From Actinomycetota bacterium (GTDB lineage Bacteria; Actinomycetota; Thermoleophilia; Solirubrobacterales; 70-9), in assembly GCA_046732465.1 (NCBI GenBank), contig JBKPND010000029.1, forward strand, positions 17,123-81,122: a stretch of DNA of 64,000 nt. Direction: 5' to 3'. Below the pieces are notes generated by a model that saw nothing but the letters and a program-made list of their open reading frames with translations, did not search any database and had not been told where the DNA came from. Made by a program: the position numbers and the translations under genes. Of the stretch, positions 26,542-34,891 are shown one piece after another (within the stretch, counting starts at the first letter, position 1; every line of letters begins with the position of its first letter).

Positions 26542-27113
26542 ACTTCGAGGATCTGGCTCCGCCCCCCGGGACCGGCGGCCCGGTCACCACGACGGTGACC
26601 AGGCGGGTGAAGCCGGGGCACGAGGCGGCGTACGAGGAGTTCCTGGAGGGCATCATCGCGGTGGCGAGCCGCTTTCCCGGCCACCTCGGGGTGGAGGTGT
26701 TTCGCCCCGTCCGTCCCGGGGGCGAGTATCGGATCGTCTACAGGTTCGACAGCGCCGCTCACCTGCGGAGTTGGCTTGACTCGGACGAGCACGCGGCCTG
26801 GCTCGAGCGAGCCGAGCCACACGCGGCGGGACCGATCAGGAGGCAGGTCCTCACCGGGCTCGAGAGCTGGTTCACGTTGCCGGCCGACCCCGGTGTGCCG
26901 CCACCGCCGCCCTACAAGATGGCCGTGCTGACGTGGATCACCATCTTTCCCCTGATCACCCTCGTCATCGTCGCGCTCGGCCCTTTGATCAAAGATCTGG
27001 CGCTGGTGCCGCGGCTCGCGATCACCACCGCGGTGACCGTGCCGCTGATGACGTGGGTCGTGATGCCACGGGTGACCCGCTTCCTTCGGGGGTGGCTCTA
27101 TCCGGCTCGCTGA
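26538..27113 (+). CDS. ABM (antibiotic-biosynthesis-monooxygenase-like) domain with C-terminal TM helices
   Basis: The GTG start overlaps the VOC stop (GTGA). VTTTVTRRVKPGHEAAYEEFLEGIIAVASRFPGHLGVEVFRP is followed by 2 to 3 TM segments. Confidence 0.65.
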   Translation: MNFEDLAPPPGTGGPVTTTVTRRVKPGHEAAYEEFLEGIIAVASRFPGHLGVEVFRPVRPGGEYRIVYRFDSAAHLRSWLDSDEHAAWLERAEPHAAGPIRRQVLTGLESWFTLPADPGVPPPPPYKMAVLTWITIFPLITLVIVALGPLIKDLALVPRLAITTAVTVPLMTWVVMPRVTRFLRGWLYPAR

Positions 27114-27138
27114 GCCAACGAACGGAAGGAGAGCACCG

Positions 27139-27549
27139 ATGAGTGAGGCTAAGAAGAAGCACGCGACCGGCCGGGTAGAGGTCGGGAGCTACGAGCCGAA
27201 GGCCTATGAGGAGCCCTCCGACGGGCCGGCCCTGGTCGAGATCCACATCCGCGAGAAGTTCGTCGGTGACATCGAGGGTGAAGGCGTCGTCAGATTCCTG
27301 CAAGCCCAACGCCAGGACGGCTCGGCCAGCTTCGTCGGCATCGAGCGGGTCAGCGGCCGGATCGAGGATCGTCAGGGAACCTTCCTGCTGCAAGACGCCG
27401 GGACCCTGGAAGGCAAGACGGTTACCGGTGAATGGTTCGTGGTCCCGGGCTCGGGCACCGGCGGGCTGGAGGGACTCCGTGGCGCGGGGGGCTTCACGGC
27501 CGAGCTCGGGCAGGGCGCCGAGATAACGCTCGACTACTGGTTCGACTGA
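27139..27549 (+). CDS. DUF3224 family protein
   Basis: GDIEGEGVVRFLQ..GTFLLQDAGTLEG..GTGGLEGLRGAGGF resembles DUF3224. An SD (GGAAGGAGAG) lies upstream. Confidence 0.65.
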   Translation: MSEAKKKHATGRVEVGSYEPKAYEEPSDGPALVEIHIREKFVGDIEGEGVVRFLQAQRQDGSASFVGIERVSGRIEDRQGTFLLQDAGTLEGKTVTGEWFVVPGSGTGGLEGLRGAGGFTAELGQGAEITLDYWFD

Positions 27550-27706
27550 GGGCCGCTTTCCGGAAGCGCAGTCGCTAGCTGCATGGCTCCGGCGCCACCG
27601 CAACGGCGGGGTCGGCCGCAGGCGCGTCGATCTCCTGAGGGGCCTGGGCCGCCGGGGCTGATGCAGCCGCCTGGGGTCGGATCCAAGCTTCCGCGGGGCT
27701 GCGTGA

Positions 27707-28288
27707 TCAGCTTTCGCCGGGGCGCCTGACTCGCAGTCGTACGGCAATGCGATTGCGCTTTGGCACCCGGGATTCGAGCCTGCTCCTCGCCCGCTGCATC
27801 GCGCTGTTGACCGCGGCGACCGAGGTGTCGAGGCGGTCCGCCGTCTCGGCAGCCGAGTAGCCGAGCACGTCCCGCAGGATCAGCACCTCACGCTGCCGGG
27901 AGGTAAGGAGTCGCTGGACTGCTTCGAACGCCAGCGCCACGGACTCCCGCCGCTCGTAGCTTGCGTCCGGGCCCGGGCGCTCATCCCGGATCTCAACTGC
28001 TTCGTTCTGTCTGTCGTGCGGGTCCGCGCGGGGGTCGTCGTCGATCGGTACCACCTGCGGGCGACGGTGCCGCATCACATCCAGCGAGGCGTTGGTTGCG
28101 ATCCGGTATAGCCAGCTACGAACCGAGCCGCGTCCCTCGAAGCGGGCGAGCCCCTTCCAGGCACGGACGAGCGTCTCCTGCAACGCATCCTCGGCGTCAT
28201 CTGGGGAGCCGAGCATCCGCCGGCAGTGGGCGCGGAGCTCCGCCCGATGGGGCTCGACCTGCTGCACGTATGAATCGTCGCCGGGCAT
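27707..28288 (-). CDS. ECF sigma factor (short form, ends right after region 4)
   Basis: AEDALQETLVRAWKGLARFEGRGSVRSWLYRIATNASLDVMR and RQREVLILRDVLGYSAAETADRL are the sigma-2 and sigma-4 regions. It is a paralogue of 15715-16743 without the extension. Confidence 0.85.
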   Translation of the reverse strand: MPGDDSYVQQVEPHRAELRAHCRRMLGSPDDAEDALQETLVRAWKGLARFEGRGSVRSWLYRIATNASLDVMRHRRPQVVPIDDDPRADPHDRQNEAVEIRDERPGPDASYERRESVALAFEAVQRLLTSRQREVLILRDVLGYSAAETADRLDTSVAAVNSAMQRARSRLESRVPKRNRIAVRLRVRRPGES

Positions 28289-28300
28289 CCATGCTCCACT

Positions 28301-28325
28301 CGATGCTATCGCAACGATACTATCG
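28301..28325. promoter_or_regulatory. Tandem 11-bp palindromes (candidate operator) just upstream of the ECF sigma start
   Basis: The segment reads CGATGCTATCG-CAA-CGATACTATCG. The perfect palindrome CGATACTATCG also occurs at 23318-23328. Confidence 0.35.
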
Positions 28326-28453
28326 AATCGAGAGGCATCGCGATGGATCGGCGACCGCGCTGCGCGCTGGCCCGGCGAAGCGTCCCGGCCTGGCGGTGGC
28401 CGCGATCACGCGGGTCGTAACTATCAGGGCGATACTCTCGACTCGGTAGCGCA

Positions 28454-29131
28454 ATGGCGCGTCCAGTCGAACCCGATCACATCTATCGCCACTTCTGCAT
28501 GACGGCGCGTGCCGTCGAGGTCGTGGGTGAACGTTGGTCGCTGCTGATCGTCCGCGATCTGCTGCTCGGCCCACGTCGCTTCACCGATCTCGTCCGGACG
28601 CTGAACCCGATTACCCCGACCCGGCTGACGGATCGACTTCGACGGCTCGAAGCGGCGAAGGTGATCGAGCGCGAGCCGGCCGAAACCGGGAAGGAGGTCT
28701 GGTACCGGCTGACCGATGCCGGCCTGGACCTCGAACCGGCGATAGACGAGCTCACCTTCTGGGGGATCGAGCACGCCAAGGAGCCCCCGCGGCCCGATGA
28801 GCCCGTCCACTCCGATGCCGCGATGATCGGCACCAAAGTCTGGCTCAGCCGATATTCGCCGGCGGAAGCTGATCGACTTGTCTGGGTCTGGCGCTTCCCC
28901 GACGAGGACTACTACACCCTTCGAACCGCCAACGGCACCTGGGAGCTGAGCAGGGCAAAGGCGAAGGGTGCCGCAGTCACGGTCGACGCAACGCAGGCTG
29001 CGTGGGCAACCTTCCTCACTACGCCACGAGAGCGACGACGGCTGCCGACCGATGACATTCAGCTCGAGGGAACGCAGTCGGAGGTCAGGAAGTTCGCCAA
29101 GGCGTTCAAGACAAAGCTCGGCGCCCGATGA
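28454..29131 (+). CDS. HxlR-family winged-helix regulator with a C-terminal extension
   Basis: CMTARAVEVVGERWSLLIVRDLLLGPRRFTDLVRTLNPITPTRLTDRLRRLE matches HxlR regulators. Confidence 0.8.
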   Translation: MARPVEPDHIYRHFCMTARAVEVVGERWSLLIVRDLLLGPRRFTDLVRTLNPITPTRLTDRLRRLEAAKVIEREPAETGKEVWYRLTDAGLDLEPAIDELTFWGIEHAKEPPRPDEPVHSDAAMIGTKVWLSRYSPAEADRLVWVWRFPDEDYYTLRTANGTWELSRAKAKGAAVTVDATQAAWATFLTTPRERRRLPTDDIQLEGTQSEVRKFAKAFKTKLGAR

Positions 29132-29200
29132 TCCCGGTCAACCGGTGCATCCCCGCACTTACCTCCTGAGTAATCGCCCAGACCACCTCGCCATGACAGT

Positions 29201-29743
29201 GTGCCCCTCGTGGGCACCTCCCCTGCTCAATCCGACGGGCAGCTTCGACCGGTCGAGCGGTTCTGGCGCAATCGGCTCTTTGCCCGGGTCCGGCATCGCC
29301 TCACGCGACTAGGGCGCTCGTCGCCGGCCTTCACCCGAGCGCACGCCGGCCTGATTCGGCTCAGCGGTGGGCGGATCCGGCGCTCGTTCCTGTTCACGGG
29401 AGGGATGCCGGTCCTCGTCCTGACCACAACCGGACGGAAGTCCGGCCAGAGGCGGTCGACGCCGGTCGGTTACCTGAAGCACGGAGACGCCTTCGCGGTC
29501 CTCGCGTCCAATGCCGGGAGTGACCGCTCGCCGGCCTGGTGGCTGAACCTGCAGGCAGATCCGAGCGCCGAGGTGCTCGCCGAACGCGCCCGGATCCCGG
29601 TCACCGCGCGGCGAGCGGACGCTGCGGCCGAACGGGAGTTGTGGGCCCAGTTCGCGCGGCTCAACCCCGGCTTCGACGAGTACCGGAGCCTGACCGAGCG
29701 CCAGATAACCGTGGTCCTGCTCGAGCCGAATGAACTCGATTAG
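29201..29743 (+). CDS. Deazaflavin (F420)-dependent nitroreductase family (DDN-like) protein
   Basis: PVLVLTTTGRKSGQRRSTPVGYL..VLASNAGSDRSPAWWLNLQADP matches the family. The start is uncertain. Confidence 0.75.
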   Translation: MPLVGTSPAQSDGQLRPVERFWRNRLFARVRHRLTRLGRSSPAFTRAHAGLIRLSGGRIRRSFLFTGGMPVLVLTTTGRKSGQRRSTPVGYLKHGDAFAVLASNAGSDRSPAWWLNLQADPSAEVLAERARIPVTARRADAAAERELWAQFARLNPGFDEYRSLTERQITVVLLEPNELD

Positions 29744-29781
29744 TTCTGCGATCTCGGTCAGTCACTTCGTTAGAGGGCAAG

Positions 29782-31353
29782 ATGGCCAAGAGAGGTCGAC
29801 AGCAAGACAAGAGGCTGATCCTCGGCTCGCTTCTGCTGGCGGCCTTCGCCATCAACCTGGACACGACGATCGTCAACGTCGCGCTGCCGACCCTGGTCCG
29901 GGATCTGGACGCCTCCACGACGCAGCTCGAGTGGATCGTCGACGCCTACAACCTGGTGTTCGCCGCCCTGGTCCTCGCTGCCGGCAACCTCGGCGACCGC
30001 GTCGGGCGCAAGGGCGTTCTCCTCACAGGGCTGGCGATCTTCGGGCTCGCGACGGTCGTGGGCGGGCTCGGAGATAGTCCCGGCTGGCTGATCGCTGCCC
30101 GCGCCGTGATGGGGCTCGGGGCGGCGCTGATCTTTCCGGCGACGCTCTCGCTGCTCACCAACGTCTTCACCGAGCGCGGCGAGCGCGCCCGCGCGATCGG
30201 CCTGTGGGGGGCGACCACGGGCGTCGGGATCGCTCTGGGGCCGATCATCGGCGGTTGGCTGCTGGAGCGCGATGGCTGGCAGAGCGTTTTCTTCGCCCTC
30301 GCGCCGATCGCGGCGCTCGGCCTTCTCCTGATCAGCCTTTACGTGCCGACTTCACGCGATCCCGGGGCGCCCCCCGCCGACCGGCCGGGCCTCGTCCTCT
30401 CCACGGCGGCGATGGCGATCCTGATCTACACGATCATCGAGGCTCCGAACCAGGGCTGGGACGCGGCCCGCAGCGTCGGCGGCTTCGCCCTCGCCGCGGG
30501 CCTTCTCATCGCCTTCATCGCCTTGGAGCGGCGCGCCGCGGCCCCGATGCTGGACGTCGGACTCTTCCGAAACCTTCGCTTCAGCGCGGCAAGCGGTGCG
30601 GTGACGATCACGTTCTTCTCGCTGTTGGGGTTCATCTTCCTGGTCACCCTGTACTTCCAGTTCCTGAAGGACTACGGGCCCTTCGAGACCGGCGTCCGCC
30701 TGCTGCCGGTGGCGACGCTGACCGGGATCACCTCCGTCCTCGGCACAAGCCTCGCGGTACGGAGCGGCACCAAGCTGGTCGTCGCCGGCGGTCTCGTCTC
30801 GCTGGCCGTGGGCCTCGCCTGGACCTCGACCGCGTCCGCCAGCACGAGCTATCTGACGATCGCCGGGCAGATGGTGCTGATCGGCTCGGGGATCGGGTTG
30901 ACAAGCGCACCGGCGACCGAGTCGATCATGGGCGCCGTGCCCAAGGCAAAGGCCGGAGTGGGATCGGCCATCAACGACGCGACCCGGATCCTCGGCGGCA
31001 CCCTGGGCGTCGCGGTGATCGGCAGCATCTACGCGTCGCTTTATGCCAGCCGGCTGACAAGCGGGTTGCAGGTAGGTCTCCCCGGCGCCGCGAATGACGC
31101 CGCCCACCGCTCGATCGGCGGAGCGTTCGGCGCGGCCGACCAGCTCGCCGGGGCTGGACAGGGGGATGTGGCGGCGGCCCTGCACGAGGCCGCATCGACG
31201 GCCTTCTTCGACGGCTTCCAGATCGCCTGCGTGGTCGCCGCCGCGGTGGCGATCGCCGGCTCGGTGTTCGCCCTTATCCTGATTCCGGCCCAGCCGCCGC
31301 ATCAAAGTGATGAGCCGGGCGAAGCCGCCTACACCCTGAGCGAAGCCGGATAG
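29782..31353 (+). CDS. MFS transporter, DHA2 family
   Basis: LLAAFAINLDTTIVNVALPTL, GNLGDRVGRKGVL and about 14 hydrophobic segments are present. Confidence 0.85.
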   Translation: MAKRGRQQDKRLILGSLLLAAFAINLDTTIVNVALPTLVRDLDASTTQLEWIVDAYNLVFAALVLAAGNLGDRVGRKGVLLTGLAIFGLATVVGGLGDSPGWLIAARAVMGLGAALIFPATLSLLTNVFTERGERARAIGLWGATTGVGIALGPIIGGWLLERDGWQSVFFALAPIAALGLLLISLYVPTSRDPGAPPADRPGLVLSTAAMAILIYTIIEAPNQGWDAARSVGGFALAAGLLIAFIALERRAAAPMLDVGLFRNLRFSAASGAVTITFFSLLGFIFLVTLYFQFLKDYGPFETGVRLLPVATLTGITSVLGTSLAVRSGTKLVVAGGLVSLAVGLAWTSTASASTSYLTIAGQMVLIGSGIGLTSAPATESIMGAVPKAKAGVGSAINDATRILGGTLGVAVIGSIYASLYASRLTSGLQVGLPGAANDAAHRSIGGAFGAADQLAGAGQGDVAAALHEAASTAFFDGFQIACVVAAAVAIAGSVFALILIPAQPPHQSDEPGEAAYTLSEAG

Positions 31354-31520
31354 CTCCCTGATTCGGCGTCCGAACTCGCTGCCGCCGTACGCGCGGGAAT
31401 TGTTTGAGAACGAGTACGCCCGTGAGAACAGAGACGGCGTCACGAAGCTCCAGGGCGCCTATCGGCGTGCGCGGAAGCGGTGCGTCGAGCCCACGCGCGA
31501 TGAGCGGTTCCACCGACAGG

Positions 31521-31830
31521 TCAGCTCGGCAGCGCAATCGCTTGCCGAAGCCGGACGGGCTCTTCGAAGCCGACGACCACCGCGTTCTTGTGCTCCTCGT
31601 CGCGGGCCGCGTAGAGAATCCTCACCCGACCGCGCGCGGCGCGCAAGCGTAGTCGTCGAGCAGGTCTTCGTGGGAGACGAGCTCGCGATCGTACCGGGTC
31701 CGAAAGCCGGCAAACCGCTCTCGGTGGTGGCCGAACCAGCTCCGCCGCCCGGGGCTCGGACGCTGTGCTGACCATCGTCTGGAATCGCCCATGCCGCCTT
31801 TCTCGCCTCGGTTCGACGAGCGCGAGCGGG
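31521..31830 (-). pseudogene. DUF488 (YeaO-like) remnant with multiple frameshifts
   Basis: SWFGHHRERFAGFRTRYDRELVSHEDLL is in one frame and RILYAARDEEHKNAVVV in another. The N-terminus is missing or scrambled next to the hairpin repeat. Confidence 0.5.
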
Positions 31831-31838
31831 AGGCCCTA

Positions 31839-32039
31839 TTAGCGAAGGGCCCTCGAAAGAGGGCCTTGTTCAATGCGCTCTGCATCTCCTCGTGCCTTGT
31901 TGCCGAAGTGCTCGTAGGAGGTCTTGCGCCCCACCCCTGCGCGGCGGGCCACCTCGACGATGGTGATGGCGTTGTGGCCCTTCTCCGCGAACGTGTCGGC
32001 CATCGCTTCCAGCATCCGCTCGCGCTGCGACCACAGCAC
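31839..32039 (-). pseudogene. TetR-family N-terminal (HTH) fragment
   Basis: RERMLEAMADTFAEKGHNAITIVEVARRAGVGRKTSYEHFGNK is TetR-like. The reading frame then runs into the hairpin repeat and stops, and no ligand-binding domain is present. Confidence 0.6.
31845..31867 (+). repeat. GGGCCC hairpin family copy G (degenerate)
   Basis: AAGGGCCCTC-GAAA-GAGGGCC-TT is preceded by CTATTAGCG (compare CTAGCC). It lies exactly at the junction of two truncated genes. Confidence 0.6.
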
Positions 32040-32043
32040 CTGT

Positions 32044-32124
32044 TCAGAGCAATCTGATCAGCAGGTTCAGCAAGACGGTGAGCGCGATCGAGAGGACGAT
32101 CGACCAGAGAAGGCAGCCGGGCAT
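32044..32124 (-). CDS. Hydrophobic micro-ORF (26 aa, or 42 aa from ATG 32172)
   Basis: Own translation gives MPGCLLWSIVLSIALTVLLNLLIRLL*. It lies downstream of and on the same strand as 32254-32580. The SD is weak. Confidence 0.25.
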   Translation of the reverse strand: MPGCLLWSIVLSIALTVLLNLLIRLL

Positions 32125-32253
32125 GAAGCGCACCTGTGTGCGTTGCCCGGATCGCTTCCAGATCACGAACATCGTTTGCCGCCTGCTACCGGTGTCTCGA
32201 TGGGAGATAGCCCGGCCGAGGCCCCATTGGGCCCCGGCCGGGGAGCATCGGAG

Positions 32254-32580
32254 CTAGCGACCGTTCCGATCGCCCTCGTCGAGACTCTCGGTATACGGAT
32301 CGCGCGACCCGGACTTGGCCAGTCCGCGACCGATGAAGTAGGCACCGGCGACGATTGCGACGTAAAGCCATGCCTGGCGGGCGATGAACTCGTCGGTTCC
32401 GTCGGTGTCGCCGCCCTTGATCACGGCGGCGCTGACGAGGATCGCGGCGATGACGCCGACCATCCCCCAGAATTCGGTGGTCTTGAACGCCTGCTTGGTC
32501 TCGGTCGTCAGGCGACGAATACGCCCCTGGCGTCGGACTGCATCGGTGCGCGGAGCACCGGACTTCGTTGCGGCTTCCAT
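32254..32580 (-). CDS. Small membrane protein (2 TM)
   Basis: The sequence from ATG 32580 reads MEAATKSG..TTEFWGMVGVIAAILVSAAVI..AWLYVAIVAGAYFIGRGLA. Confidence 0.55.
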   Translation of the reverse strand: MEAATKSGAPRTDAVRRQGRIRRLTTETKQAFKTTEFWGMVGVIAAILVSAAVIKGGDTDGTDEFIARQAWLYVAIVAGAYFIGRGLAKSGSRDPYTESLDEGDRNGR

Positions 32581-32763
32581 GCGTTTACTGCTCCTGTCTT
32601 GCGTTTCCCGTCTGGGCCGTGCAAGCTGACCTGAGGTGGTCACACTCGCCCATTTGCTCCCAGACTGAACGGGCAGGCGCTTCGCGTTTCGGCGAAGCAA
32701 ATGCTGCCTCGCTCCGACTGCTTACCCGCCGAGATACCGACCAAACGAGTGTTCGGGCAATGC

Positions 32764-32781
32764 GAAGGGCCCTTGCCCTTC
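32764..32781. terminator. Short GC hairpin related to the GGGCCC family
   Basis: GAAGGGC-CCTT-GCCCTTC sits directly downstream of the DUF1990 gene pair. Confidence 0.35.
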
Positions 32782-32786
32782 TGTGT

Positions 32787-33548
32787 TCAGGGAAGCTGGT
32801 AGTTGGGGAACGTCACGATCCCGCCGGCGCTCCTCGGGGCCAGCTCGGTGACGATGCCATCGAGTCGCCCCTCGACGAGCCGTTTCATGCGCTCGGCGCA
32901 GCGACGCGTGAACAGCACCTGCTGGCGCCGCCCGACAAGCCGAAAACCGCGATCCAGGATCGGACTGCGTGTATCGGCCGGCCGCGCGACAGCGTGGATC
33001 CGGTACTCCACCTCGCCTGTATCCAGCCACTTCCAGACCTGGTAGTCCATCTGCCCGCGCTCGAGGTGCCCCTGGAGGGTTCGGTATGCCCAGCCCCACA
33101 CACGCACACTTCTCGCGGCGACCTCCCGGACCTCGTCGAAGATGACCCCGATGCGAACCCCGACCCGCACCCGCAACGCGAGGTAGCGAATCTCGAGCAG
33201 CATGTCCCGTCCCTCGAGCGGCGCGTCGGACCAGTAGTAGGCGCGAATCCGTTTTGGGTCGGCGAACTCGTACTCGCGAAGGAGCCGTTTAGCAGTCTCG
33301 AAGGATCCGGCCGGGATCGGCTCGCCCGGCGGCTCCCGCCGCAGGGACCGGCGGTAGTCGTCCACGTGCCAGGCCTCCCGCTTGACGGAGGAAAGGCCCG
33401 CGGGATTGAAGTTGAGATCCAGATCGTGGATCCGTTCGAGCTGGGCGCGAACCTCGCCCCGGGTCAGCCACGGGGGCCCGAGCTCCAAACGTCGCTCAGT
33501 CGCCAAACGCGCCGGCTTCGACCTTCCGAGTGTGGATCTCGATGCCAC
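32787..33548 (-). CDS. DUF1990-like protein
   Basis: WGWAYRTLQGHLERGQMDYQVWKWLDTGEVEYRIHAVARPA resembles the DUF1990 core, recalled from memory. It is a paralogue of the upstream gene. Confidence 0.5.
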   Translation of the reverse strand: MASRSTLGRSKPARLATERRLELGPPWLTRGEVRAQLERIHDLDLNFNPAGLSSVKREAWHVDDYRRSLRREPPGEPIPAGSFETAKRLLREYEFADPKRIRAYYWSDAPLEGRDMLLEIRYLALRVRVGVRIGVIFDEVREVAARSVRVWGWAYRTLQGHLERGQMDYQVWKWLDTGEVEYRIHAVARPADTRSPILDRGFRLVGRRQQVLFTRRCAERMKRLVEGRLDGIVTELAPRSAGGIVTFPNYQLP

Positions 33549-34215
33549 CGCTCCTCCTTCCGCCGGACAGCTTGGCGATCCGCTCGAGCGTCGACGTCCA
33601 CATATGGAGCTGGACCTCCTTGCTCATCCGCAGCCGGTCGTAAAGGATGTCCGTGAGCCTGTCCTTGCTGCGGGCCCAGCTCTCGATCTCAAAGACGACA
33701 AGCCGGTCTTCCTCGTACGCCCGGAATTCGATCTGGCCGGCCTCGAGATGCCCCTCGAGCGTGGTGAGCCTGAACATCGTTCCCTGGCGCTTGGCCACTC
33801 GGACCGGTCCGTCCCACGGCCCCGCCATACGAACGACGTACTCGTCGTTGATCCGCATCCCGCCCTCGGACCCCTCCAGCTTCCGAAACGTCGCAAATTC
33901 AGAAGGGGAGACCGAGTCCGGGTCGGCGGCGACCGCTTGCACGAGCTCATCCGGTGAGAGCTCGCTGCCGCGGATCCGGACGCGATATCGGCGATGGAAC
34001 ATCGGGCCGGCGCCGTCGTGAGGCGTTTGGATCTCGGAACGCTCGAGTTCAGCCGGCAACGGCGGTGGCGAGTCCTCCTCTAGGCTGCCTTCGACCTCGT
34101 CTCGGTGAAGGGGTGTCGTCCGCCACATATAGCGCCACGACGTCAGAGCGACGCCCATCGGCCATCGAGTGGCCGTCGCCACACGCTGAGGGAGACCCTG
34201 GTTTCGCGGCATCAC
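33496..34215 (-). CDS. DUF1990-like protein
   Basis: MFRLTTLEGHLEAGQIEFRAYEEDRLVVFEIESWARS resembles the DUF1990 core. It overlaps the downstream paralogue by 53 nt as annotated. Confidence 0.5.
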   Translation of the reverse strand: MMPRNQGLPQRVATATRWPMGVALTSWRYMWRTTPLHRDEVEGSLEEDSPPPLPAELERSEIQTPHDGAGPMFHRRYRVRIRGSELSPDELVQAVAADPDSVSPSEFATFRKLEGSEGGMRINDEYVVRMAGPWDGPVRVAKRQGTMFRLTTLEGHLEAGQIEFRAYEEDRLVVFEIESWARSKDRLTDILYDRLRMSKEVQLHMWTSTLERIAKLSGGRRSGGIEIHTRKVEAGAFGD

Positions 34216-34367
34216 AGGCCTCTACCCATGCGGGAACCGCGGCACACCGGCGATGCTTCGAGCGGATCGCGGGGTTACGAGGTCGGCGGTCGGGCATAAG
34301 GCGGACCGTGTTGGTCGACCTTGTCCACCGCGCCGGCTTACGGGGTTGGCACCTCCATCTGACGTCG

Positions 34368-34553
34368 ATGGCCTCTGTATTCCTCTGCATCGGTCTATGG
34401 ATCAGAGCCAAGACACATGATCAGAGCGAACGCGGAAATGCCGAGCGCCGAGCCCTGTTCGTGGGTCTCTGGCCGCCGATGTTGTGGCTGATTGGCGATT
34501 CGCTCGAGCGGCGAAACAGCGCGACATCGCGGCGCCGGCTCCGTCGTCGGTAG
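34368..34553 (+). CDS. Small membrane protein (weak call)
   Basis: The sequence reads MASVFLCIGLWIRAKTHDQSERGNAERRALFVGLWPPMLWLIGDSLE.. There is no obvious SD. Confidence 0.25.
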   Translation: MASVFLCIGLWIRAKTHDQSERGNAERRALFVGLWPPMLWLIGDSLERRNSATSRRRLRRR

Positions 34554-34593
34554 AGCCGAAGGATCCCGAACGCCGCGTTGCTACCAGGCTCGG

Positions 34594-34668
34594 CTAAACC
34601 ACTCGCCTGACTAGGTACAGCGCCAGCAGCACCAAGATGATGATGATGAGGATGGTGATGATCGACAT
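34594..34668 (-). CDS. Ultra-hydrophobic micro-protein (24 aa)
   Basis: Own translation gives MSIITILIIIILVLLALYLVRRVV*. A strong SD (GGGAGG) lies 5 nt upstream of the ATG. Confidence 0.5.
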   Translation of the reverse strand: MSIITILIIIILVLLALYLVRRVV

Positions 34669-34891
34669 GTCGCCTCCCTTCCCTTCGATCGGAGTTGAAC
34701 CTCCGTGTCGTGCGTGAGCACCTACCCCGGAGCGTCTGCTTCGAACCTTTGAGTTGCCCAGCTGCCCAGGCCTTGCCACGCCACCCGTCCCTTCGACCTG
34801 ACGCGGTATGAGCAACGGGGGTTTATTGCGGCAAATGCGGGTAACTCCTGCCGGCAAGGAGAAATCGCAAGGATGCGAAAGGAGGGTCGAA

